A stretch of DNA of 61,569 nt, counting the filler, from Choristocarpus tenellus KU-1152 (taxonomy: Eukaryota; Protista; Phaeophyceae): NCBI GenBank assembly GCA_964200185.2. It is 13 parts of 13 records of this genome, joined end to end, with 100 filler letters (N's around TTAATTAATTAA, not from the genome) between each part and the next. Parts side by side here need not be neighbours in the genome. Positions count along the whole stretch, not along the records: positions 9,105 to 13,971 come from CAXNAD020012730.1; positions 14,072 to 19,636 come from CAXNAD020010405.1; positions 19,737 to 26,750 come from CAXNAD020006861.1; 10 more parts are not named here. One strand, written 5' to 3'. This document shows positions 11,134-22,500 of this stretch, piece by piece. Every line of letters starts with the position of its first letter. Positions within the stretch are counted from its first letter, which is position 1. The translations under genes were made by a program, and so were the position numbers. Below the pieces are notes generated by a model. That model worked only from the letters and a program-made list of their open reading frames with translations, did not search any database and had not been told where the DNA came from.

Positions 11134-13945
11134 TTACTGGACCAGGGGCAGGGGCAAGGACAGCAGAAGCTGGAGGCAGTACTGCGTTTAACTCTCCTGT
11201 TCATGGAGGTTTATCTGATGGGGACTTGCAAAAGAAGGTGAGAGGTTCCATTGTATCTTCACTCTTTATCTTCCCTTCCACCCCTCAAGGATCAATTTTG
11301 TGGGTGTATATTCTTCTATATTCAAGCCCTGCCATCATTATTGGTAGCACAGTTCCAGGAAGAAGCTTCTAAGAAGTTGCTACAGATATAAGTAAGCTGA
11401 GAATACATCAACATATACACACATGCATATGTGCTACCTCGAAGCATTAATAACAATAATGCCATAGATGGGTTTCCATCTATGGCATTGCACAAATGAG
11501 TACAGCTTTACTCTTGTGTAGTCCTCAGCCAGGTATTCCCATTAAACCTCCACATACTGTGATTCTCCACTCCCTAAACAAATGGCACATGATAGCTCGA
11601 AGTGAAGGACACACAGAATGTCACACGCATGAAGGCGCAGCTCCCTCAACAGGAGCAACTGGAGCATCCGGCTCCAGTGGGAGGGAGTTGGCTCAAGAAT
11701 CGCTATATTGTCAACAACTTCATCCTCCTTGAGTCTCTGGGGACTGGTAGCTATGCAGAGGTTGGTGGAATTTCTTTTTTGTGTTATTCAAGTGATTGAT
11801 GTCGAAGTCAGCAGGGAACTTGGCAAGTTGGACAGTGGAACTGGGAGCTAGGTGGTAGAGTAGACAACTCGGGGGCAAGAGGATACCTAGTGTGACAAAT
11901 GAAGATACCAAGTTGGCATTACGTTTTTCCAACCTCAGTGAAAAATTCGATATTGCAAAGCAACAGGTAGAGGTAGTGGGAAGAGGGGGTGAGGTTGCAA
12001 CTCAAGGCTTCCCAGTCAGTTTATTTTGTTTCTATTACAAATGGGGAAATTTCTAGGGCAGTCTTGTCTCTGTTGAAAACGGACAGTCCTTACACGAATC
12101 TGATGAATCTGATGAATCTAATGAATCTAATGAATCTGATGAATCTGATGAATCTGATGAATCTAATGAATCTGATGAATCTGATGAATCTAATGAATCT
12201 GATGAATCTGAATGGGGAATGGAGTGCTATTCTATGAGTAGTAGTGTAAAGAAATATGTTGGTGCAATATACTCGGAGTAAGCAATCGTCAAGCAAGAAA
12301 ATCTAGGGTAGCTGTAGTGACTCGGGACAACCCCAAATGGCCAGCATACAGAATAAATGATGTTGTTTATGTACCTGGGCTAAGGTGAGTCTATTGCATC
12401 TGATTCGATCTAGGTTCCCCTTTGGTGGTGTCACTGAAAGTTGATGGCTCTGTATAACCTAGTTAATCTGTATTAATATAACTAACCTCTGTATTAATAT
12501 AACTAACCTCTGTATTAATATAACTAACCTCTGTATTAATATAACTAACCTCTGTATGATGCCAACGGCCATATTTTGGAACCAACAGTATGAATGACAT
12601 GAATAACAGTTCCTAAATTCAGACATGATATCAGCCCAGGGCTTCACTGCTGAAATTGACTTTGAAGGTTGACCTGCTCTTGATGAGTTGTGCGGTTCAC
12701 TCTTTTTGTTGACTTGATCCTACTCACTCAACTTCACGTTTTTTTGGATTCTCTGTTGGTGGGTGGAGGTGATCCCAGGTACGCTTAGCCAAGGAGAAAT
12801 CAAGCAACAAACTATTTGCTGTCAAGATAATGAACAAGGACTTCTTGACAAAAAGGCAGGCAGGTGTAACTATCAGTAAATTCTTGAGTCTTTCCTACTT
12901 TCCAGTAATACCTTCGGGTATCTGGCTTTGCATTTGAACACTCTCGTGGTTATCACGCATGCAAAGTACAAATGCTTTCACATTGATGCATTGGTTGGTT
13001 AGTGCTTCAAAGGACAAAAATAAATGTATGTGCAGCCATGGCACCTCTCTTGTTGCGGAATTGGAGGCTATGGTCTGTCCTGTGGCATAGTAACTGCCAA
13101 AGAGGTGTCCTCAGCCAATCAGAGATGGTACTGACACTTTGCAGGCATGTGTGACATTGAAGTGTACTCAACTTCAGTGCCACAGTGAAGGAAGATGCTC
13201 TACAAATATTGGAGGTGGATTTGGTTTTAGTGTATTGGGCATTTTCACAATATCGCATGCACAAAGCTTGCCCAGTCAAGAAGAAGGGCAGAGCACTATA
13301 GGCTGGTCAAGAGGAAGGTTACACAAATGAGAATGAATTGGGAAGAGAAACCATACACGCAGTTGTGACTATAGGAGAAATACATACACACTGTCTCAGT
13401 GGGGTGCCATCTCAATACAAGACAGCATACACTGAATTGGGGGGTTTCACAAACGAACTTATGCTATATCGGGCAAGTTTTTTGTAAAGGGTCGCCCTCC
13501 TTCCCTGTAGCTGTAGCTATTCCTATCTCCCCTTACTGGGATGAAAAGTAGAGGTGTAAATGTGTAGGGCAACCTGAGTATGTATTGGTATTTGGTAGTA
13601 CTATTGCTGCACTAATTTATTGCAGATATATCTGCGAACACTTGTTGATTGTGTAATAGCCAACCTCGCGACCAGGAAATTGGTAGAAGAGGTGTGGAGG
13701 CCATGATGATTGTGGGGGTCTACCACGACCACTGCTCAATGACATTGTGCTAGAACCCTCTCCACTGCCACCCCCAACTTATCTCCTGCCATCAAGTTCA
13801 ATGTTCAATTACAACCACTGAACGTCTGTTGCAGATGGGAAAGGATAGCACTTTCATGGACGACATCAGGAGAGAAATTGCTATAATGAAGAAGGTCAAC
13901 CACCCCAACGTCCTCCGCTTGTATGAGGTCATGGATGACCCTAAG
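11134..13945 (+). CDS. Ser/Thr protein kinase, CaMKK/GRIK-like, partial (N-lobe), 4 exons
   Basis: Exons 11134-11237, 11596-11760 (...NRYIVNNFILLESLGTGSYAE), 12779-12859 (VRLAKEKSSNKLFAVKIMNKDFLTKRQ) and 13835-13945 (MGKDSTFMDDIRREIAIMKKVNHPNVLRLYEVMDDPK). They give the Gly-rich loop, the AVK lysine and the CaMKK-type REIAIMKKxxHPNVxxLYEVxDDP motif. Truncated by a gap. Confidence 0.93.
12096..12210. repeat. 9-bp tandem repeat (GAATCTRAT), about 13 copies, intronic
   Basis: Directly visible; it produces the spurious NLM and RFI repeat ORFs. Confidence 0.95.
12467..12557. repeat. 21-bp tandem repeat, about 4.3 copies, intronic
   Basis: Unit TCTGTATTAATATAACTAACC. Confidence 0.95.
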
Positions 13946-14202
13946 GTTGGTCTAGAACAATACCTTCAACGNNNNNNNNNNNNNNNNNNNNNNNNNNNNN
14001 NNNNNNNNNNNNNNNTTAATTAATTAANNNNNNNNNNNNNNNNNNNNNNNNNNNNNNNNNNNNNNNNNNNNAACTTCCCTGGCAACTTCTCCACCCCCAC
14101 CAACCCCCCAATCCCCCTCTTTTCTCCTGTAGCCCCCCCCCCCTCCCCCCCCCCCCCCCCCCCCCACCCCTGACAAAAAAAACAATTGTTTCATTAGCTC
14201 AC

Positions 14203-17200
14203 CTCCAGCAGGAACAGTATGCCTGCTTGCACAAGAAAATCACTGTCCGGTGCCCCGAAGCAACGAAGTGAGGCGACAAACGCTCCCACAAGGTGAACAT
14301 CTCTCTGCTTGATCTGGACAGCAAGATGCTCCTTCCCAACAATAACAAGACATGCACATGACACAGTGAACAGGGGATAGTACGACAGGAGGAGGACAAA
14401 GTATATCATTCACTCACGTACTGGTCACCACCTTAAATCACAGCATCACAGGGCAGCTGACCAGAGCTACATTACTACAGTATACCCAGCATAGTACCAT
14501 ATGCAACCCAAAAATCGTAAGGCTGACAACTTCGAGGGCGAATCAGAGATTCCCGCTAACCATATATTGGTGGGGTTGGCAGATTGATATGGCATTATCA
14601 GGTATACCTCCAAAATACATATATACCGCTGTTGGTGGTATATATATATATATGTATATCCAATACATCATACCACCACTGGTTTGTTTAACAGCAGTGA
14701 CTATACCATTTCAATGACATCGACAATTCAGTGATACAGAGTTGATACCCCAATATGATTGCCACAGGACAACAAGACAGGGCTGAGGCAGAGAGAGTGG
14801 TAGGGGATAGAGGGGGACCCCTGGAAAACACTGGGGAAGGTTTTGGCAGTCGGCACTTTGCCAGCGAAACCTGGTCCAGGAAGACCACAGTGAGTGTACA
14901 GGGGGTTATTTAGTACCAATGCATAGTGTATGCAAGATATGATGATTGGGGTGTTCCCGGATGCACACCTTGTAGCAACGCAACATAGGAGTGAAAGTAT
15001 CTTAGAGGGTACGTGTTTTGCCCTGCTTGTCCATTTGGAGCTTAGCTTCCCATGGGGTTTTTTATGACACTTTACCTGCTCCAAAATGTTTTGAAGTAGG
15101 TAAAATATATATACGTTATCAAAAAGGTGTGTCCGGAACATGGATATTGACACACTTCCTAACAAACACGACGGCCAAAATTACACCAAAATCGTAACAT
15201 TGATTATTGACCCCCAAAACAGACATAGCTCTACCCTCTAAGACACTTTGGCTCATAGAGGGATACACAAAATCGCCTTCCAAGTCAACAAGGAGCACAA
15301 TCGTCTCACAACACCTTGGAGCAATTCTCACAATCGCCTAACAGTCCTATGCCTCACAAGCCACAGGCTGCTCCATCCCACGGGCACCAATTTCCAGGGG
15401 GCACAGGAGTGAAGGGAGGTTAGGGAATGGGGAACTAACCCTAACCCTATTGGGGACACCGATCGGTCCCATAATCGTCCCAAGTGCAATCACTACAATG
15501 AAGTAGTTGAGGCCCGTGTAACTCACCCTCATGAAGAGGAACTCATGCGGAAATAGCTCCGCATCCAGCCTAAGCTCGCCCCAGTTATTGAGTGTGAGAA
15601 CGACATGCGTAACCTGTTGTGAGAACGACAGGAGCAGGGAGTTGTTGAGTAGTTTAGCGCATGAAAAGACTCGTTGCCCAAAGTCGCTTGTGGAGTTGCA
15701 TGGCGAGCATACACTGAATATTAATTATATCACTGAATATTAATTATATCACTGAATATTAATTATATCACTGAATATTAATTATATCCGCTTGGCATTC
15801 TTTCTTTGTCCTAGCCACAAAATTATCTCTGATGTATGACCAAAGACTGATCCAAGATAAACATGGATCAAACTGTGTTATATATACTTGGATCAGCACA
15901 TACAACGTAAGGATAACAACTTAACACTGGGCTATTCGACATGGGTGCCACAGCATCCATCGGGCCCAAAACAAATATTTAAAAAATATATATGTAGAGC
16001 ACACTGTTACAAAAACAAACAAAAAAAACATTAAAGGGAGTACAAGGTGACGTGGTCTTCCAAACATACTGCAGACCGATAAAGGCCCTATGCACTGCTC
16101 CATCTCCACTCATAATTCAGATGGCCTCTCCAGCTCAAAATTAGGATTTTTTTTTTAAAGAAACATGCATACGGACCACTTTTTTACAGGCAGCACAGAA
16201 CGTGAAGGTTTTCCAGAAAGGTGTTTGTCATGCGTGTAGCAGTGCTGTTGACTTAGGAAAGGTTCTACACACACACAGGCTGTCTTCAGGTACAACAAAA
16301 AAAAACAGCTCCTGACTGTTGCAAAAAAAAAAACACCGGCGAAGCTTCCATTTCCCATCTCTCAAGCCCCCCGTAATCAGGCGTTTCTACTGTTACCACG
16401 ACCGCTGTTAATGTAACTAAATATTATTTGTTCGCAAACCCCTAAAAAAAAGAAAAACGTTTGATCCTTAGTAAATGAAGAAAGGGAATCAGACCAGATA
16501 CAACCACCTGAATCCGGCAAGTGTGTAGATCGCCGTGGACGTACCCAACTCCAATCCAATAAACAAGACCATGCACTCCGAATAACCAACTCCAATCCAA
16601 TAAACAAGACCATACACTCCAAATACCCAACTCCAATCCAATAAACAAGACCATACACTCCGAATACCCAACTCCAATCCAATAAACAAGACCATACACT
16701 CTGAATAACCAACTCCAATCCAATAAACAAGACCATGCACTACGAATAACCAACTCCGCCTCTTCAGCTGCACACTAAGTCTATTAATACCCGCCCTCCG
16801 TTACTCCCTCAAACCTCTGTGTACTTGCTCTTCATTACGTTACCACATAATTGTGCTAGTAACTATGGGGTTTGTCTAGGGCACCATGGACTCTTGGAGT
16901 CCCCCTCACCAATATCAGTCATGGGGATTCAATCCCTACCTTATGATGGAGCATATGAGTATATCACTCATAGCACTAGAACAAAAGCAGATGAGTCAAA
17001 GTATCTTAAGAGGGTAGAGTCACGTTGATTTGGGGGCCAAAATCCAATGCTGTGATTTTAATGTAATTTTGGCTGTCGTGTTTGTTAGGAAGTGTCAACA
17101 TCCTTGTTCCGGACACACCTTTTCATAACGTATATACATTTTACCTACTCCAAAAAGTTTCGGAGTAGGTAAAATGTCATTAAAAAACCCGTGCGAAGCC

Positions 17201-19512
17201 AAGACCCAAACGGACAAAGAGGGCAAAACCCATACCCTCTAAGATGCTTTCACTCGAGTATTGATGCAATGTACATATTCAAAAACTATTTGTACATAAC
17301 AACATCAACTGCTGCAGTGGATAAAGGGGGAAGACAGGCAGGCAGGCAGGCAGGCAGACAGACAGGCGGGCGGGTGGGAAGGCAGACAGGCACAAGCACA
17401 GCACTATGCACTACAAATGCCCAAAAAGAACACCCAAACTCACAGGCACTTAAAGTACCCGCAACCACACCCTACAAACCCAGCAATAACGGAACCAATC
17501 ACCTCCAAGGTGACACAGAGTAGAGTTCTAGAAGACACGCCTTTCACGTCAAGACAACGCAGCAAAAAACAAGCATTGGCACGATCACATCAGTGTTTAG
17601 GAAAGCTAAGTAAGGCACATATCAGAACACGCACAACACTGCGCCTCACCAGGTAGCACTGATCGATGTAGTGCTCCCACTTCAAGTCCAGCGGGCCCTT
17701 GTACGGCCTGAACTCCGGCAGCCACCGCAGCACCTACAAGCCCGTGCATTCATGGTGACACGATCATTTAGTGCAATGAAGGCAAACCATTCCAAGCAAC
17801 TGCCACGCAGCTGGCTAAGTGCGAGGTAACGAGCTTGAGATGCATTCACCCCCTCCCATTAGGCAAGAGGACTGGATCCGCTGCCGTATCAGAAAGCCTT
17901 CCATGACCTTCCAAAAACCTCTTCCTTCTTACTACACAAGGACTACGATAACCAAACGCCTTCCTCCACCCTCTTACCCTTACCCTTACAATGAACGTCG
18001 TAAAACAACCGAGCCTACCCTCAATCCTTCCCCTGACTCCTTCCTCCTCCCTCCCACACTATGCATCCCCACAGGGAAACACACAACCTGCTCAAAGCTG
18101 CAGCCCAGCTGCAGCCCTACTTGATCGGCGTAGTAGGTGTTGGTGAGGCTGTTGGACATACTACGGTATCGACCAATCACCTCTCCCGTGTATAGATCGA
18201 CCACCTGTGATGAAAGGTGTGGCAGCGGGGAAACATGGGTGTAAGCCGCTTGGACCTGAGTAGGTTTGCTCACTCACTAGGTTTCAGGCGTGGCAAGAGA
18301 GGCAAGCAGAGAGTAGGGCCGCGCAACATGCCTCCAGTCCATAACTTGCTGAGGAGGATGCCCGGAACACATCTGTTAGATACATTGTTATTCAAGAGTT
18401 ATCACAAGGCATGCCCATTGACTGAAAATATTTACTGAGCGGCTTGTCTGGTAGACGCATGATGACAAACCTCACACCCCCTTCTTGCATATGTCTTGAC
18501 TCACAGGCTCTGGAGGTGGTCCATCGGCTGGGTCCCATCCTAGATAATCCCTGGCTGTGTACATCTTCAGCCTGGCCTTGACGTCGCTCTTGATCTCATG
18601 GTGAATGCCAACCCTCTCCAGGCAATAAATGCCAATGATTGCATCCAATATCTATCATGAGTTTGAGAAGTGTGTGTGTGCGTTAGTTGGGCAAGGACAA
18701 GGCATATCAAGGCACTTAGAATCAATAGGAAAAAAACAAACATTAAAAATTGTTCCGTGGCCTGCAAAGCAGCACAAAACTACAGAAGGTGAGGGATGCC
18801 TGACTCCCCTCCCTCTTCCCCTATCCTTCCCACCACCTTCCTCCACTTTCACATGAAGAGCTCCAAGACAGCACCACAAGAGCGAGAAACAAGAACGTCC
18901 ACACTCCCACCCCACCTGGTTCCCAGTCTCTCTCCTGTCCTCATCTGCCCATTCAGTGCAGCACACTAAGAGGCACCAAAACTGTCTACATAAATGATAT
19001 TCCTCATTCATGGCACCCAAACGTTATGACCTCCTCGCCATTCTCTGCCCTACCTTTCGTGCTATTTTTCTTCAAAGGATACTCTCAAACTTGAAGGTAC
19101 TAGATGTGCTGTTCTCATTTCACACGTAGTTCTTGGTGCACTTTTTTCAGAGTAGCGTACACTTCTGTGTACTGACCGTACTGTACAGCATGTCGTGTGC
19201 ATTCCCCCTCCTCACCCTCTACCAACTCCCTGACCTCACATTAACCCCCCCCCACCCCCCCCCCCCCCTGCCACACTTACATGTCTTTCACTTTCCTTCC
19301 TCCAATGATCTATGACTTGTTCTCAAACTGGAAAACCCCTCCCCATCTCCCCACCTTGAACTCCTTCTCACCTCCTCAGGAGTAGGCCTTGCAGCCTGCT
19401 TCCATCCAACGTGCATGAAAGCATATTTCCACCTGTGGGCCAACTGCTCAACATACATGAGTGCCCTTGCCTTGATTGGTTCCCCTGTGGTGTTGGCCAC
19501 ATCATAGAAGCA
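14203..19512 (-). CDS. Uncharacterised helical protein (DUF6895 / prenyltransferase-barrel-like), partial, 6 exons
   Basis: Phase-0 AG/GT exons at 19512-19372, 18651-18505, 18204-18088, 17733-17650, 15613-15527 and 14331-14203 splice into 235 stop-free codons: CFYDVANTTGEPIKARALMYVEQLAHRWK...ILDAIIGIYCLERVGIHHEIK...DYLGWDP...VGLQLGCSFEQVLRWLPEFRPYKGP...DQCYLVTHVVLTLNNWGELRLDAELFPHEFLFMREHLAVQIKQRDVHLVGAFVASLRCFG...AGILFLLE. The gene model is strong; the family label is inference. Confidence 0.88.
14989..15254. mobile_element. MITE family A, full length, TSD ATAG, intronic
   Basis: ATAG-GAGTGAAAGTATCTTAGAGGGTA...TACCCTCTAAGACACTTTGGCTC-ATAG. Confidence 0.95.
15712..15788. repeat. 19-bp tandem repeat, 4 copies
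   Basis: Unit CACTGAATATTAATTATAT. Confidence 0.95.
16542..16757. repeat. 41-bp minisatellite, about 5 copies, intronic
   Basis: Unit approximately CCAACTCCAATCCAATAAACAAGACCATRCACTCCGAATAM, starting at 16545, 16586, 16627, 16668 and onward. Confidence 0.95.
16993..17255. mobile_element. MITE family A, full length, intronic
   Basis: GAGTCAAAGTATCTTAAGAGGGTA...TACCCTCTAAGATGCTTTCACTC; the TSD is not conserved. Confidence 0.92.
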
Positions 19513-22500
19513 CTGTGATGGGGAAGGAAGGGTGCACGAGGGATATCAAGCAGAGGACACCAGGGCAGAGACGAGCAAAACATGCGTAAGCAGGGTAGCG
19601 TGTGCATGTGAAGGTTTGTGTGCATGGGGGGGGGAGNNNNNNNNNNNNNNNNNNNNNNNNNNNNNNNNNNNNNNNNNNNNTTAATTAATTAANNNNNNNN
19701 NNNNNNNNNNNNNNNNNNNNNNNNNNNNNNNNNNNNAGGAAGCACCCCACCATGACACAACTGGTGATTCTAAACACCCCCCACGATTGATTGGACCCTG
19801 CCTAACACACACTTATCAATACTGTATTTTTTGTAACTGTTCTTGAATATTTGATTTTAAATGATTTTCTTTTACTGTAGTATATCATAATCCCAAATAT
19901 TATTGAAATCCGAAAAACGAGGCTACTCTCACTACTTACTATATGATTGTTGGTGTAGGTTCGTAAATATACCACAAAAAACTATTATGGTTGCTGTAAC
20001 TGTAGGAGAGGACACGGATTTTGATTGGTCCGTACACATATTTTATTATATTTTTATGCCCTTGGACATTTTGCACATATTTTATATTTTATTATGCCCT
20101 CCGACATTTTGGAGATGTGCCATATTTTTGTAGAATATATACCAAAACACTGAATATTCCTAAAAGTTATGTAAAAGATTTTCACCAAACTTCAAATCTT
20201 GTGATGAAGATGTGAGATACCAACACTGAGAAAAGAACTGTACCTCCAGATAAAATTCCAATTCTCAACTTTTCCAACATTCCAAACAAACCATTTTTTT
20301 AGGAGTGTAATAAGAGCTTTAGTTTGTTGTCCTCTCTCAACCTCCCCAGAACTAAAACCAGGATAAACACCCCGAACAAAGACAAACAATATCATCCAAC
20401 TATCAACGCAAACCACGCCGATGGTGCACTTGTCCAAAGAAATGTGTCTCGCACACCGGGTCATATTCTGAGATTCAGTTATTAGAGCGCACACCCAACA
20501 CAAACAATCTTGAGAAGCATATAACCCCATTACAGATCGAAAGAGGGATAATCCAAGTTTGGGTGACGAAGGAGGTTCGGTAATCAATTATGGAATTTTC
20601 CTTGACCACTAAGTGCTTAGGGAGTAGTACATTTTGAGTAATTTCTTACTACTAGGAACGGCTCCTCCTTTCGACTATCTGTCTCCTCAAACATTCCTTA
20701 ACAGGTAGAAATACGTGTCAATAGTAGCTAGGCTTCTAATCCACAAAGACGTGTACCTCAAGTCACGTGGATGACCAATGCCGGCAAAACAGAGGTACAA
20801 GGGTGCCATAATCGCGTCACAAGAGGTCTACGAACAGATAGTTTTGGACCTTGCCCACTAGCATATGTGTGAACCGCATGACGCCATACAGCTCAGTGTG
20901 ACCTGGTTTCGTTAACCGCACAACACCTGAGGCGCCATTTCAACCACTCCTGCTCAAACCTCCAACCTGCCTTCAACCATGACATGTATGGTCTTCCCAT
21001 TCGTTCCCTCGTCTATTCCTCAGGTGGTGCTGCACAATGATCGCTGGCCGCGTGATTGATGTGACGAGCTGCACCAAACCAATAACATTTTCTGTGCAAC
21101 GCAGAACCACCACGAGTAAAGGTATGTGTGTCCTTGCGCAGTGCAGACATTGTAATGCCTTCCTTTCTCGCAAAGTATGTTCGACAGTTAGAAGTATATG
21201 AGTCAGTCAGTGAACATTGGATCTTTGAATCGCATACCTGTAATGCACCTGCACGTTTTTGTGGTCTATATATAAAGCTTTTTTCTCCAATATTCTTTAA
21301 GAATGTTGAGTAATTAGTTACTACACAATCCATACTTGAACAAACCAAAGGAACAGGGTCATCTCTATCAAGTGCTCCCAGTCTGAGCTTCTATTCACAC
21401 ACAAAGCATTGGCCCTCTTGTTATCACGAAATCGCCTGGCAGGTGCTGAAGAACAAGAACAGACTTCCTTCACCTTTCTGGATGTAATCAAATCTGCAGG
21501 ACACAATCTTCACAGTAGTGAGGATAACCCGCACAGAGCTGTTTCACCAAGAAGTCGATGAAATAAGACACCACCTCCAATCTCCTGGCTTCAAAGTGAA
21601 GATGATTTCTTAGAATCAAGTGGAACACAGAATATACTCCTCTTCGGTTGATTTCTGTCCCTAATCGTCTGTCAGCTCTGCTACTACAGAAAAAGGTATC
21701 GAGCATGTCCACACCTTTTGTGCTGTGAAATAGGTGTTTTCGAGCAATTTTCAGGTCTTTTAGAGGAGGGACAAGATAGTGGGAGTTTACACGTTTCCTC
21801 AAGTTCCTCTTACCACAACTGCTTGAAACGCTGTACACCACAAGATGACATCTATCACACAAAACCACTGATAGTAGGAGTCATGCCGGCAGTATTCAAA
21901 TACGTGTCACTAATGGAATCCGTAGACCAAAATTGTGAGGATGATGACAAAACTGGAACAGGCTAGGAACGCTCAGATTCATACTCCACACTACTGCCAC
22001 AAATGAACTTAAATACACCACCTAGAAGACCTCAAAGACAACCATGGCCAAGACCAATGTTATGAAGTTGTTTCAAGTGATAATGGAGTCTTCCTCCTTC
22101 AGAGAAACCTTATGTGAGGAATTCAAGTCCTTGTATTCTCAGTTGTGGGTGAGTACTTCTGATGTTCTGGTAAACGTGATCATAAGACACCAGTCGGCAT
22201 TGTTGGTTGTAAGCACAATCGTATATGTTTGTGCCCATATTCCTCAAATGGATAATGGTCTTGATAGAAAAATGCCACATGATCTCAGCCTTGATATCAC
22301 ACCTACATTATCATGACCTCTAAGAAAACATGGTCTTGTCCTCAAAGAACACCAGTACATGCATCTTAGGTAGGTATCAGTTAGTAGGCCATCAACCTCA
22401 GAGTAGTCCCATTCACATGAGCAATGATGTAGTTATGGTATGAGGTTAGATACATATGAGTTGGGTGTATCTCTGTTAGCTTTGATTTTAAGCCAGCATT

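Noticed and set aside
11989-12647. ORFs with NLM, RFI or QRLVILI repeats (also MYVC, HPSI and NPNP ORFs elsewhere)
   Set aside because: They are translations of simple tandem repeats inside introns.
14989-15254. MITE A/B as introner (intron-creating) elements
   Set aside because: No copy interrupts an intact host exon, and the ends do not provide consistent GT/GC...AG boundaries.
16542-16757. CRISPR-like array (also 43133-43272 and 29078-29530)
   Set aside because: Units are head-to-tail with no unique spacers, there are no cas genes, and the context is eukaryotic and mostly intronic.
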